From NCBI GenBank assembly GCA_963699295.1, contig OY969432.1, positions 3,531,001 to 3,595,000 on the forward strand: 64,000 nucleotides of DNA, read 5' to 3'. This DNA is from an uncultured Alphaproteobacteria bacterium (GTDB lineage Bacteria; Pseudomonadota; Alphaproteobacteria; Rhizobiales; Devosiaceae). The position numbers and the translations under genes are program-made. Below, one piece after another: positions 36,384-46,992 of the stretch (its first letter is position 1; each line of letters starts with the position of its first letter). The notes under the pieces were generated by a model. That model searched no databases, was not told where the DNA came from, and worked only from the letters and a program-made list of their open reading frames with translations.

Positions 36384-37429
36384 ATGAGCGACGACGCCAG
36401 GCAGGACCTGCTGACGGTCGAGGGCCTCAAGGCCTATTACCAGATGAACTATTTCGGCGTGCGCCGCGAGGTGCGGGCGGTCGACGACATCACCATGACG
36501 GTGCGCCGCAACGAGGTCTATGGCATCGCCGGGGAAAGCTCGTCGGGCAAGACCAGCTTCATCAAGGTGCTGGCCGCAGCCATGCGCCCGCCGCTGCGGA
36601 TCGTCGAAGGCTCGGTGAAATACGACTTCAGGAGCGGGCCGATCGACGTCGCTACCGCTTCACCGCAAGAGATCGAGGCGGTGCGCTGGAAGCAGCCTTT
36701 CCTACATCATGCAGGGCTCGATGAGCGTGCTCAATCCGGTGCGCCGCATCGGCAAGACCTTCCACGACTTTGCCGCCCGGCCCGCTGGGACTTAAGGGCG
36801 CGGCATTCGAGGCGCGTGTCGTCAACCATCTGGGGCGGCTGAAACTGCCGCCCGATATCCTGAGGGCCTATCCGCATGAGCTATCGGGCGGCATGCGGCA
36901 GCGCGTCACCATCGGGCTGGCCACGGTGTGCCACCCCGAGTTCGTCATTGCCGACGAGCCGACGACCGCCCTGGATGTGGTGGTGCAAAAGGAAGTGCTG
37001 GGGCTGATCCGCGAGATCCAGCGGGAGATGAGTTCCTCGGTCGTGTTCGTGACCCACGACATGAGCGTGCACGCCAATATCGCGGACCGGGTCGGCATCA
37101 TCTATGCCGGGCGGCTGGTGGAGGAGGGGCCGACGCGCCAGATGTTCTTTGCCCCCAAGCATCCCTACACCGCGCATCTGGTGGCGAGCCTGCCGCGCAT
37201 CGGCGACACGCAGCAGCGCCCCGCGCTGGAAGGGCGCCCGCCGAACCTGGCCGATCCGCCGCCGGGATGCCGGTTCCATCCGCGCTGCCCGCTGGCGATC
37301 GACAAATGCAAGACCGCAGACGCCGCCGCTGGAAACAGTGGCGCGCGGATCATCGCACCGCCTGCTGGCGCTGGCAGGATGTCGCGCCGCTGGTTCATGC
37401 CGGCGGCACCGGAAGGGGAGATGGCATGA
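36384..37429 (+). pseudogene. oligopeptide-type ABC ATPase (DppD-like), two +1 frameshifts
   Basis: Walker A GESSSGKTS. The frames join as ...AVRWKQ | [28 protein letters not shown] | [10 protein letters not shown]...LSGGMRQRV...[10 protein letters not shown]. Length is 1046 nt = 3n+2. Confidence 0.85.
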
Positions 37430-38338
37430 GCACGCTGCTCGATGTGCGCGACGTCTCCAAGCGCTTCACCATGGGCGGTATTTTCGGGCGCCAGAGCGTC
37501 AATGCCGTGGTGGACGCCAGCTTTTCGCTGAGCCTGGACCAACCCGAGATCTTCACCATCATCGGGGAGAGCGGCTCGGGCAAGACCACGCTGGCCCGGA
37601 TGATCCTGGGGCTGGAGGATGTTTCGCGAAGGGCAGATCCTGTTCCGCGGGCAAAAGGTCGATCGTCGCGGCGGCCGGGCCCAGCGGCTCAAATTCATGG
37701 CCAGCGTGCAGCCAGTGTTCCAGAACCCCTTCGAGGCGTTCAACCCGCTCAAGCGGATCGATCGCTATCTCGAAAGCACGGCGCGGCGGTTTCTCGACAC
37801 CACCGACAAGGCGCGCATCGATGGGGCGATGGACGAGGCGCTGCAGAAGGTGGGGCTGAGCCTGACGGAAGTAAGGGGGCGGTTTCCCCATGAAATGAGC
37901 GGCGGGCAATTGCAGCGCTGCGCCATCGCCCGGGCGCTGATCCCCAGCCCGTCGCTGCTGGTCGCCGATGAGCCGGTGCGCATGGTGGATGCGAGCCTGC
38001 GAATGAGCATCGTCAACCTGCTCAAGAGCCTGCGCGACGATCTGGGGGTGTCGGTGATCTACATCACCCATGATCTGGCGACGGCCTATTACATTTCCAA
38101 CCGCCTGATCATCATGCAGCGCGGACAGATCGTTGAAATGGGCGATGCCCGAACGGTGCTGGACAGCCCCGAGCATCCCTATTCGCAGCTGCTAAAGGCT
38201 TCGGTGCTGTCGACCGAGGATGCCGGGGACGGCAAGCTGGGCTCGGACCCCGTCATGGTGAAGCTGGCCGATGACCTGGCACGAAAGCTGGGACGACTGG
38301 TGCAGCGACCGGACGGGCGGTTGGTGCGGGTCTACTAG
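37426..38338 (+). pseudogene. oligopeptide-type ABC ATPase (DppF-like), one +1 frameshift
   Basis: Walker A GESGSGKTT in frame 1. After about 37615 the protein continues in frame 2 (...GQILFRGQKV...MSGGQLQRCAIARAL...LVADEP). Length is 913 nt = 3n+1. ATGA overlap with the upstream gene. Confidence 0.85.
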
Positions 38339-38377
38339 TGGGTGGGAGCGGCAAAAATTCGCCTGCCCCTCTCACCG

Positions 38378-40597
38378 TCAGGCTGAGGCGCGGAGCTGGT
38401 CCGACCGGTCGGTGGAGGGGCGTTCGAGGACGAAGGATTTGACCACCTCGTCGAGCTCAGCGGCCTGGGCGCCGGTTTGGGTGAGGGCGGTGTTGAGCTG
38501 TTCCACGAGAGCCGCATTGCGCTGGGTCATTTCGTCGAGGGTGCCGATGGCGCGGCCGGCTTCCTCGATGGCGCTGGCCTGCTCGCCGCTGGCAATGGCG
38601 ATCTGTTCCATCTGGGCGACGCTGCCCTTGAGGCCCTGCTGCACGTCGAGCAGGCTTGTGGTCGCGGCCGAGACCAGGCGCGTGCCGTTGGCGACTTCGG
38701 CGACGCTGGTTTCGATCAGCGCCTTGATGTCGGCGGAGGCGCTGGCCGAGGACTGCGCCAGGCGCCGCACCTCGATGGCGACGACGGCAAAGCCCTTGCC
38801 GGCGTCTCCGGCGCGGGCCGCTTCGACGGAGGCGTTGAGGGCCAGCAGATTGGTCTGGAAAGCGATGTCGTCGATCATGCCGATGATGTTGACGATCTGC
38901 GTCGAGGCGCCGTTGACGCGCTGCATGGCGGCGTTGGCTTGCTGCATGACCGCGCCGCCATCGGCCGCGATCCGGGCCACCTTGCCGGCATCGGCGCTGA
39001 CATGGCGGGACTGGGCAGCGTTTTGCTGCACGGTCTGGGAGAGCTGGTGCATTGCCGCCGACGTTTCCTCGACAGCCAGCGCCTGACGGGCCGTACGCTC
39101 GCCCAGATCGGTGGCGCCGGCCAGGATCTCCTCGGTGGCGCTCTTGAGGGCATGCGAGGCGCCGCCCAGATCCTGCATGATTTCGCAGAGGCGGTCGGCC
39201 ACGCCATTGGTGTTGTGCTTGAGCGCGGCAAAGGCCCCTTCATAGTCGCCGGTGACGCGTTGCGTGCAGGTCCGCGGCGGCGACCGCGGCCAGCACCGAG
39301 GAGGTTTCGGCGAGACCCCTCTCGATGGTGTGCAGCAGCTGGTTGATGCTGGCTGCGACCGGCACGAGTTCATCAAGGGCAACATCGCCGGGCAGGCGCT
39401 GGCGGAAATCCCCGCGCGCCGCGGCGTGGGCCAGATCGGCGAGCGCCGAGCTGGAAACGGTCGAGCTCTGCCTGCCGGGCGCGCTGACTGGCCAGCTCTT
39501 CGGCCTTGGCCAGCTGCTCGGCCTGCAACGCCAGGCCATTGGCGCCAAAGATTTCGAGCGCCCGGGCGATCTGGCCCAGCTCGTTGCTGGAATTGGTCTG
39601 GGGCAGGGCGACTGAAAAATCGCCGGCGGCCAACCGGTCGGTGGCCGAGGCCAGCCCGCGAATGGTTCCCGACAGCCAGCGCGCGATCAGGACCGCCAGC
39701 GCCCCGCCAATGGCGAGGGACAGCAGCCCCACGACCAACACCCAGGCTTGCACGGGGTCGAATTGGCCGCCGCATTGCCCTCGCTTTGGGCCTGGCGCGC
39801 CGCATTGACATCGGAGGCCACGACCGAGGCCTGCTCCAGCGCCAGCTCGATCTCGGCCAGAGTGTTGCGCAGGGACTGGCGTTCGCTCAGGCGCGCCGAC
39901 GATGGCCTGCACTTCGGCTGCCATAGGCGCCCAGCGCGGTGAGCACCGAATCGACGCGCTCCAGATCATCGGTCCGGAAGAAGGTGGCGCGCAGGTCGGC
40001 CAGGGCCGTATTCGAGGCGTCGGACGAGGCCAGGGCGAAGGCCAGGTGCGCGTCGCTGGGGGCGCTGATCAGTTCGGCGACCCCGAGGCGCAGCTGCAGC
40101 AGGTTCTGCATTGCCAGCCCGGCCAGCGCCGCGGCCTTGGCGTTGAGATTGGCGGATTGGGAGGACTGGTCGATCATCTCGCTCAGCGTCTGGGTGGCGG
40201 CCATCGCGGCGGCTTCAAGGGCGGTCAGCTGCACGGCGAGTTCACCATCGAGCGCGATCAGGGCAGCGGCTCCGGCGCCATAGGCGGTGACGGTTTGCGC
40301 CATTTCGGTGCCATCGCTGAGGGCGGCAAGGTCGGCCACGCTCTGGGTTACCAGCTGGGCCGTGTCGTCGTGGGGGGCGGTCGCATAATTGCGCACAGCC
40401 AGCCGCGCACTGGTCAGCATGGTGGTCATGGCGCGCACGCGGGTAGCCTCGTCGGTTGCGGCGCGATAGCCATCGAGCGTTCCGGCAATGGTTTGGACAC
40501 CGGCCACCGCCAGCAAGGTCAGCAGGCCCAACAGGGCGATCATGACGGCGAAAGAGGCGTAGATGCGACCGGCGATCGAAACTTTCGAGAATGGCAT
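38378..40597 (-). pseudogene. methyl-accepting chemotaxis protein, at least five frame changes
   Basis: The N-terminal TM and 4-helix sensor, a linker ([21 protein letters not shown]), TM2+HAMP ([14 protein letters not shown]...[10 protein letters not shown]), a second HAMP-like piece, and the signalling domain ([30 protein letters not shown]) each lie in different frames. Confidence 0.8.
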
Positions 40598-40862
40598 GGT
40601 GCCCCCATGAGCGCGTTTGGGAGGCGCAGTAGGGGGAGGATCGTAAAGGAGTGGCAAACGCCGACGTCATGCAAAGTTGTTTTTCGCGCAAACCCCGGCG
40701 CTGCGGGGCCCTGCAGTGGATTATGAAATTTTGATGACAGTGCAGAGACTTAGGGCAGAGGAGGGCGGGCAGGCGCAGTCCCCGGCACCGCCGTGCGCTC
40801 AGCACGCGGCGAGCGGCGGGGCGCGGTCGCTGCGGTGGTGAGCCCGAAAATGTGGCCGACGA

Positions 40863-41150
40863 TCAGCGCTCGGGGGCCGGCACCAGTACCCGCGCCTGGG
40901 GTTTGCCCACGAGGGCCGGGGAGTTGGCCGGGGTGGACCACACCTGGGTCTCAAGGTAGCTTCGGTAGGCCTGGGCCTGCTCGACAGTGGGGAAATCGAG
41001 CTCGACCATGATGTAGGCAGGATCATCTTGCGGCTGGTTGATGCGGTAGGCGGTCACCCCGCCTTCGGTGCGTTTCTGCTCGAAGCGGTCAAATGTTGCC
41101 TTCCATGTCGGGTAATCGGTGATGGCGTGTTCGACGTGCAGCGTCGCCAT
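40863..41150 (-). CDS. small hypothetical protein (95 aa)
   Basis: ATG 41150 follows CAGGAGAG. MATLHVEHAITDYPTWKATFDRFEQKR... I recognise no family. Confidence 0.5.
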   Translation of the reverse strand: MATLHVEHAITDYPTWKATFDRFEQKRTEGGVTAYRINQPQDDPAYIMVELDFPTVEQAQAYRSYLETQVWSTPANSPALVGKPQARVLVPAPER

Positions 41151-41276
41151 GTTGCTCTCCTGCGAGCCTGGCCCTCGGGTACCAGAATAGTCCTGAATTC
41201 CTTGGCGGGCCAATCAACTCACGACGGGTAGGCCGGCAGGAGCGGCGTGCAGGGTGCTGAAGGGCAGGGGCACCAC

Positions 41277-41303
41277 AAAAAAACGACGCCCGCGGGCGTC
41301 GTT
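41277..41303 (-). terminator. rho-independent terminator of icd
   Basis: On the minus strand, ACGACGCC-CGCG-GGCGTCGT is followed by TTTTTTT. Confidence 0.8.
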
Positions 41304-41356
41304 CGGATTGGGGTCGGTTAGAGACCAGAGGTAGCCAGTTGCGGCGAGTGGCAACC

Positions 41357-42571
41357 TTACGCGGCCATGGCCTTTTGCAGGTTGGCGTCGATGGCGTCGA
41401 GGAAACCAAGGGTCGACAGCCACGGCTGGTCGGGGCCGACCAGCAGCGACAGGTCCTTGGTCATCTTGCCTTCTTCGATGGTGGCGATGGTGACCTGTTC
41501 CAGGGTCAGCGCGAACTTGGCCAGCGCCGCATTGTCATCGAGCTTGGCGCGGTGGGCGAGGCCCCGGGTCCAGGCAAAGATCGAGGCGGTGGAGTTGGTG
41601 GAAGTTTCCTTGCCCTGCTGGTGCTGGCGGTAGTGCCGGGTGACGGTGCCATGGGCGGCTTCGGCTTCCACCACCTTGCCATCGGGGGTCGACAGCACCG
41701 AGGTCATCAGCCCGAGCGAGCCAAAGCCCTGGGCCACGATGTCGGACTGCACGTCGCCGTCATAGTTCTTGCACGCCCACACATAGCCGCCGGACCACTT
41801 GAGGGCGGCCGCCACCATGTCGTCGATCAGGCGGTGCTCGTACCAGATCTTCTTGGCTTCGAACTTCTCCTTGAACTCGGCCTCGTACACCTCCTGGAAG
41901 ATGTCCTTGAAGCGGCCGTCATAGGTCTTGAGGATGGTGTTCTTGGTCGACAGATAGCACGGCACGCCGCGCGCCAGCGCGTAGTTGAGCGAGGAATAGG
42001 CGAAGTCGCGGATCGAATCGTCGAGGTTGTACATGGCCATGGCAACGCCGGCGCCGGGCGCCTGGTAGACTTCGTGCTCGATGACCTGGCCGTCCTCGCC
42101 GGTGAACTTGATGGTCAGCGTGCCCTTGCCGGGGAAGCGGAAATCGGTGGCGCGGTACTGGTCGCCAAAGGCATGGCGGCCGACGATGATCGGCTGGGTC
42201 CAGCCCGGCACCAGGCGCGGCACGTTCTTGCAGATGATCGGCTCGCGAAAGATCACCCCGCCCAGGATGTTGCGGATGGTGCCGTTGGGCGACTTCCACA
42301 TCTTCTTGAGCCCGAATTCCTCGACCCGGCCCTCATCGGCGGTGATGGTGGCGCATTTGATGCCGACGCCGTGCTTGAGGATGGCATGGGCGCTGTCGAT
42401 GGTGATCTGGTCGTTGGTGGCGTCGCGGCTCTCGATCGAGAGGTCGTAATATTCGATCGGCAGATCCAGATAGGGATGGATGAGCTTGTCCTTGATCGCC
42501 TGCCAGATAATGCGGGTCATCTCATCGCCGTCGAGCTCGACGACCGGGTTCAAGACCTTGATTTTAGTCAA
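41357..42571 (-). CDS. icd: NADP-dependent isocitrate dehydrogenase (404-aa dimeric, eukaryote-like type)
   Basis: [23 protein letters not shown]...[13 protein letters not shown]...NYDGDVQSD... is a near-canonical IDH sequence. Confidence 0.95.
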   Translation of the reverse strand: MTKIKVLNPVVELDGDEMTRIIWQAIKDKLIHPYLDLPIEYYDLSIESRDATNDQITIDSAHAILKHGVGIKCATITADEGRVEEFGLKKMWKSPNGTIRNILGGVIFREPIICKNVPRLVPGWTQPIIVGRHAFGDQYRATDFRFPGKGTLTIKFTGEDGQVIEHEVYQAPGAGVAMAMYNLDDSIRDFAYSSLNYALARGVPCYLSTKNTILKTYDGRFKDIFQEVYEAEFKEKFEAKKIWYEHRLIDDMVAAALKWSGGYVWACKNYDGDVQSDIVAQGFGSLGLMTSVLSTPDGKVVEAEAAHGTVTRHYRQHQQGKETSTNSTASIFAWTRGLAHRAKLDDNAALAKFALTLEQVTIATIEEGKMTKDLSLLVGPDQPWLSTLGFLDAIDANLQKAMAA

Positions 42572-42624
42572 CTATGGCTCCCTTCATGAAGGCCGGAATT
42601 GCGGGGCTGGGCCACCGCTTGTGA

Positions 42625-43365
42625 TCAGGAATTGCGCAGGTTTCGTTCAACGCTTTGCAAGTGCTCGCGCATCACGGCGCCTGCCCGGGCGGTATCGCGA
42701 TTGGCGATGGCGTCGACTATCTGCTCGTGTTCGGCAAAGCTGTGGTGATCGGGGGCGGGACGGTCGGGGGTCTGGCGCAGGCGACCCCAGGTGACCTCGC
42801 GGCGCACCGCGTTGAGGGTGTCGAGCAGGCCAACCAGCAGGCCGTTCTGGGTCGCCTCGGCGATCACGCGATGGAGCCGGTTGTCCCATATTTCATACTG
42901 GCGCCAGGAGGTCGCCTGACGGGTCTTGATGATGCAATTGCGCATCTCGAGGATCTGCTCCGGCGTGGCGTTGAGGGCCGCGCAGCGGGCGATTTCCGGC
43001 TCGACGACAATGCGCGCGCCCATCACCTCGATGGGATTGCTGCGCCTCGCCATGGCCGAAACGTCGGCGACGGTGTCGATCGGGCGGTTGCCCCAGAACG
43101 TGCCCTTGCCGACCTGGCGCCACAGCTGCCCTTCGTTCTGCAGGGTCGACAGGCCCTTGCGCAGCTCCGCCCGGCTGACGCCCAGGGCTTCGGCCAATTC
43201 GCGCTCGGGCGGCAGGCGGCCATCCGTGGGCAGGTCCGTTCCAGCCAGGAATTTTCGCAACTTGGCGGCGATGGTTGGCTCAAGGTCTTTGTCGCTATCG
43301 GGCATATTCAAAACCAATATGAGGATTGGTTGAGGTATATCCGGATTTGGTTCAGTGTCAACCAC
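42625..43365 (-). CDS. GntR-family regulator, FadR subfamily (FCD domain)
   Basis: wHTH RLPPERELAEALGVSRAELRKGLSTLQNEG plus a helical C-terminal FCD-like domain. Start is GTG 43365 or ATG 43305. Confidence 0.85.
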   Translation of the reverse strand: MVDTEPNPDIPQPILILVLNMPDSDKDLEPTIAAKLRKFLAGTDLPTDGRLPPERELAEALGVSRAELRKGLSTLQNEGQLWRQVGKGTFWGNRPIDTVADVSAMARRSNPIEVMGARIVVEPEIARCAALNATPEQILEMRNCIIKTRQATSWRQYEIWDNRLHRVIAEATQNGLLVGLLDTLNAVRREVTWGRLRQTPDRPAPDHHSFAEHEQIVDAIANRDTARAGAVMREHLQSVERNLRNS

Positions 43366-43589
43366 AATGGCTTCAGGTGTGCCGTTATCTTGTTTCTTAT
43401 CTACTAAGTTACTGAAACTGCTAGATTATTTTGAGGTGTGGCGAGCTGTAATCCGAGGGTCGGCACGGCGGCTATGCTGGATTTTATTCATTTCGCGTTG
43501 ACAACCATTTTGCAACCAACCTAGAGTTTGTTTGCATTGGTTCGATCTTGCAGCGGAAATGTCCAGCTGCGGATCACAGGAGGGATTCA

Positions 43590-44579
43590 ATGATCAAATT
43601 CAGAACGTTCAAGACTGCGACTGCCATGCTGGCGCTCGGTGCGGCCCTGGCCCTGCCGACGCTGGCCCAGGCAGCGCCGGTGCGGATTGCCTTTGGTGAT
43701 ATCGCCACGGTGGAATCGCTCAATCTGCTGATCGCCTTCGAGCGCGCCAAGGAAAAGGGCCTCGAACTCGAAGTCGTGTTTCTCAAGTCCGAAGATATCG
43801 CGGCCCAGGCCGTGGTCGGCGGGCAGGCCGATATCGGCATCGGTGGCCCCTATGCGCTGATCCAGAAGGTCAACGCACCGATCCGCCTGTTCCTGCAGCT
43901 CAGCCAGCTCAGCTTCTATCCGGTGGTGAATTCGGAATTCTACCAGGACTGGAAAGATCTGAACGGCCAGGAAGTCGCCGTGCACTCGCGCGGTTCGGGC
44001 ACCGAGGCGATCATGCGCCTGATGGCCGACAAGCACGACATCAGCTATTCCAACATTTCCTACGTGCCGGGCGCCGAAGTGCGGACCGGTGCGCTGCTCC
44101 AGGGCAACGTCAAGGCAACGATCGTCGATGCCTCGGGCAAGCGCGTGCTGGAAGATGAAGCCCCGGGCAAGTTCGTCTTCCTGCCGGTGGACGACGTCAG
44201 CGCCACCGACGAGGCACTGTTCGCCAATACCGATTTCCTGGCGCGTGACCCGGAAGCCGTGGCCATCCTGATCGAGGCCATCCTGACCACCTGGCGCGAC
44301 ATCGCCGCAGACCCGACCTCGGTTGTCGCGCTGCGCGAGCAGTACAATCTGCTGCCCGATGCCACCCCGGCCATGGTTGCCGATATCGAACCCTATTTCG
44401 TTGAAGCGGCGGCCCTGGGCATGCCCCTGAACGGCGGCGGGACGGATGCGGCCCAGGACGACTTCGAGTTCTACACCGTCTCGGGTGCGCTGCAGGGCAA
44501 TGCGGCCGACCTCAAGGTGGAAGACTTCTGGGAATTTGGACCGCTCGACGCAGTTCTTGCCAAAATCGGCACAAAATAA
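43590..44579 (+). CDS. ABC substrate-binding protein, NitT/TauT (NMT1-like) family
   Basis: RBS CAGGAGGG and a signal peptide ...LPTLAQA. Followed by NitT/TauT-type permease and ATPase genes. Confidence 0.75.
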   Translation: MIKFRTFKTATAMLALGAALALPTLAQAAPVRIAFGDIATVESLNLLIAFERAKEKGLELEVVFLKSEDIAAQAVVGGQADIGIGGPYALIQKVNAPIRLFLQLSQLSFYPVVNSEFYQDWKDLNGQEVAVHSRGSGTEAIMRLMADKHDISYSNISYVPGAEVRTGALLQGNVKATIVDASGKRVLEDEAPGKFVFLPVDDVSATDEALFANTDFLARDPEAVAILIEAILTTWRDIAADPTSVVALREQYNLLPDATPAMVADIEPYFVEAAALGMPLNGGGTDAAQDDFEFYTVSGALQGNAADLKVEDFWEFGPLDAVLAKIGTK

Positions 44580-44589
44580 GGCCTGACCA

Positions 44590-45423
44590 ATGTCCTCTTC
44601 TGCCAAGTTGAGTGACGCGACGGGTGCTCCAGCAGCACCCGTCAATGTCGCCCAAATGATTAGCCGGATGTTCGATAAAACGCCGGCCCTGTGGTCGGTA
44701 GCATCGCTCTGCCTGCTATTCGGCGCCTGGGAAATCGCCGGGCTGGTCCCCATCAGCATCGCGTTCCCCACTTTTTCATCGACGTTCATGGCCTTTGTGG
44801 AAATGGTCGCCGATGGCACGATGATCTACGCCTATATCCAGACCCTGCAGCCGCTCCTGCTGGGCGTCGCCATCTCGGCGGTGCTGGGGGTAGTCCTGGG
44901 TGTGACGACCGGCCTGTCGCGGCAGGCCGAGTGGATGATCACGCCGGTGTTCATCGTTCTGCAGGCCGCCCCCATGGCCGCGCTCGTGCCGCTCGTGACC
45001 TTCATCTACGGCATTGGCCTGACCGCCAAGACGCTGGCGGTGGTGATGCTGGCGTTGCCGGTCATCGTGCTCAACGCCTACAAGGCCGTGCGCCACGTCA
45101 ATCCCTCGCTGGTGGCCATGTGCCGCTCGTTCCAGGGCACGCGGCTGCAGCAGATCGTCAAGATCATCATCCCCGATGCGTCGGCCGTCATTTTTGTCGG
45201 GCTGCGTCTGGGCATCGCCGCCGGCTTCATCGGCGTCATGCTGGCCGAGCTGCTGATCACGCCCACCGGGGTCGGCGATCTCATCACCTATCATCGTTCA
45301 GTGGCCAATTACGCGCACATGTATGCGGCGGTCGCCTCCATCATTGTGGTGTCCACGGTGACATTGGCAGGGCTTCAGCGCTTCGAAATTCGGTTTCTGC
45401 GCCCCGAAAAAAGGAATTCGTGA
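44590..45423 (+). CDS. ABC permease (NitT/TauT family)
   Basis: 277 aa multi-TM protein of BPD_transp_1 type. Confidence 0.8.
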   Translation: MSSSAKLSDATGAPAAPVNVAQMISRMFDKTPALWSVASLCLLFGAWEIAGLVPISIAFPTFSSTFMAFVEMVADGTMIYAYIQTLQPLLLGVAISAVLGVVLGVTTGLSRQAEWMITPVFIVLQAAPMAALVPLVTFIYGIGLTAKTLAVVMLALPVIVLNAYKAVRHVNPSLVAMCRSFQGTRLQQIVKIIIPDASAVIFVGLRLGIAAGFIGVMLAELLITPTGVGDLITYHRSVANYAHMYAAVASIIVVSTVTLAGLQRFEIRFLRPEKRNS

Positions 45424-46230
45424 ATGCAGCCTGCTCAGTCCCATTCGTCCCCAATTGCCCTCGATACCAGCGTTGAAGACGGCGTCGTTCAAGTTCGGGG
45501 TATTTCGAAGCTCTATGGCACGACGGAAGCATTGCGCAATGTCGACCTGGAGTTCAGCCGCGGCAAGCTGACCACCCTGCTGGGGCCATCCGGCTGCGGC
45601 AAGACCACGCTGCTCAAGATCATCGCCGGCCTGATCCCCGCTACTTCGGGTGAAATCCGGGTCAATGACAAGGTGGTCACCGGGCCTGGTCCCGAGCGCG
45701 CCTTCGTGTTCCAGGATTTTGCGCTGATGCCGTGGGCAACGGTGGAGCGCAACGTGGCCTTCGGGCTCGAGCTGCGCGGCGTCAATGCCGCCGAGCGCAA
45801 GCGCGTCGCCACCCGCTATATCGAGGAAGTGGGCCTGGCCGGCTTTGCGGACAAATACCCGCACGAGCTGTCGGGCGGCATGCGCCAGCGCGTGGGCATT
45901 GCCCGGGCCTTTGCGGTCAATGCCGACGTGCTGCTGCTCGATGAGCCCTTCTCGGCCGTCGACGAGCAAAATCGCCGCAAGTTCCAGGAAGACCTGCTGC
46001 GCCTCGTGGAAATGGAGAAAAAGACCTTCATCTTCGTCACCCATTCGATCGAAGAGGCGGTTTATGTTTCCGACCGCATAGTGCTGCTGTCGCCGCGCCC
46101 GGGCCGGATCTCCCAGATCATCGATCCCACGATCGACCGCAGCGCCTCCCCCGACGATATTCGCCGCGATCCGGGCTACCTCGATACCGTCGAGGAAATC
46201 TGGAACGGGCTCCGACATTTTGTCGATTGA
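45424..46230 (+). CDS. ABC ATP-binding protein (NitT/TauT family)
   Basis: Walker A GPSGCGKTTLL, signature LSGGMRQRV, Walker B LLLDEPFSAVD. Confidence 0.9.
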   Translation: MQPAQSHSSPIALDTSVEDGVVQVRGISKLYGTTEALRNVDLEFSRGKLTTLLGPSGCGKTTLLKIIAGLIPATSGEIRVNDKVVTGPGPERAFVFQDFALMPWATVERNVAFGLELRGVNAAERKRVATRYIEEVGLAGFADKYPHELSGGMRQRVGIARAFAVNADVLLLDEPFSAVDEQNRRKFQEDLLRLVEMEKKTFIFVTHSIEEAVYVSDRIVLLSPRPGRISQIIDPTIDRSASPDDIRRDPGYLDTVEEIWNGLRHFVD

Positions 46231-46239
46231 GGTGCAGCC

Positions 46240-46992
46240 ATGACTATCTTTGGTTATCGTATCCCGATGATGGCATCGCTCATTGTGTGGGCCGTCATCT
46301 GGGAAATCGTCGGGCGGCTCGACATCATCTTCCTCATCCCGCCCATCACCGACATCGTGACGGCCGGAATGCGCCTCGTGCAGACCCAGTCGTGGCAGCA
46401 GGGTTCGCTGATCACGCTGCGCAGCTTTTTGTACGGCATGGGCTGGGCCGTCGCCATCGGCGTGCCGCTGGGCATCCTGATGGGGCGCTTCAAGGCCGTC
46501 GACAATCTGATGGGGCTTTGGGTCAACATGTTCGTCAGCGCCCCGCTTTCCGCGCTGGTGCCGGTGCTGATGATCCTGTTTGGCCTGGGCGAGACCACGG
46601 TCGTGGTGACGGTGTTCCTGTTTGCCGTGTGGATCATCGTGCTCGATGCCCGCGCCGGCGTCATGCAGGTGCCGCCCTCGCTGCTCGAAATGGGCCGCAG
46701 CTATGGCGCCTCGGGCTGGGTGCTGTTCACCAAGATCATCCTGCTATCGGCGCTGCCGGAAATCCTGGCGGGCCTGCGCATCGGGGTCATCCGTGGCGTC
46801 AAGGGCGTCGTCATCGGGCAAATCCTGGTCTCGATCATCGGCTACGGTGAACTGTTCGAGCAGTTCTCCCGCAGCTTTGAAATGGAAAGTTTCTGGGCTC
46901 TGACCTTCATCCTGTTCGCGGTCGCCATGTTGCTGTCCGCACTGGTCGAGACCTTCGAAAAACAAGTCGAATATTACGCTGGAGCTAGATAA
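46240..46992 (+). CDS. ABC permease (second NitT/TauT-type permease)
   Basis: 250 aa multi-TM protein. The overlapping 46227 ORF in another frame is compositionally implausible. Confidence 0.8.
   Translation: MTIFGYRIPMMASLIVWAVIWEIVGRLDIIFLIPPITDIVTAGMRLVQTQSWQQGSLITLRSFLYGMGWAVAIGVPLGILMGRFKAVDNLMGLWVNMFVSAPLSALVPVLMILFGLGETTVVVTVFLFAVWIIVLDARAGVMQVPPSLLEMGRSYGASGWVLFTKIILLSALPEILAGLRIGVIRGVKGVVIGQILVSIIGYGELFEQFSRSFEMESFWALTFILFAVAMLLSALVETFEKQVEYYAGAR

Noticed and set aside
34513-38338. Programmed ribosomal frameshifting as an explanation for the broken ABC genes.
   Set aside because: No slippery heptamers or downstream pseudoknot-like structures occur at the junctions. The shifts sit in plain G/C runs and hit unrelated genes on both strands (MCP, epmA, epmB). 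Mutation or sequencing error is far more likely.
46227-46850. Alternative-frame ORF overlapping the second NitT/TauT permease.
   Set aside because: Its composition is Arg/His/Gly/Ala-rich. The 46240-46992 frame gives a normal multi-TM permease.
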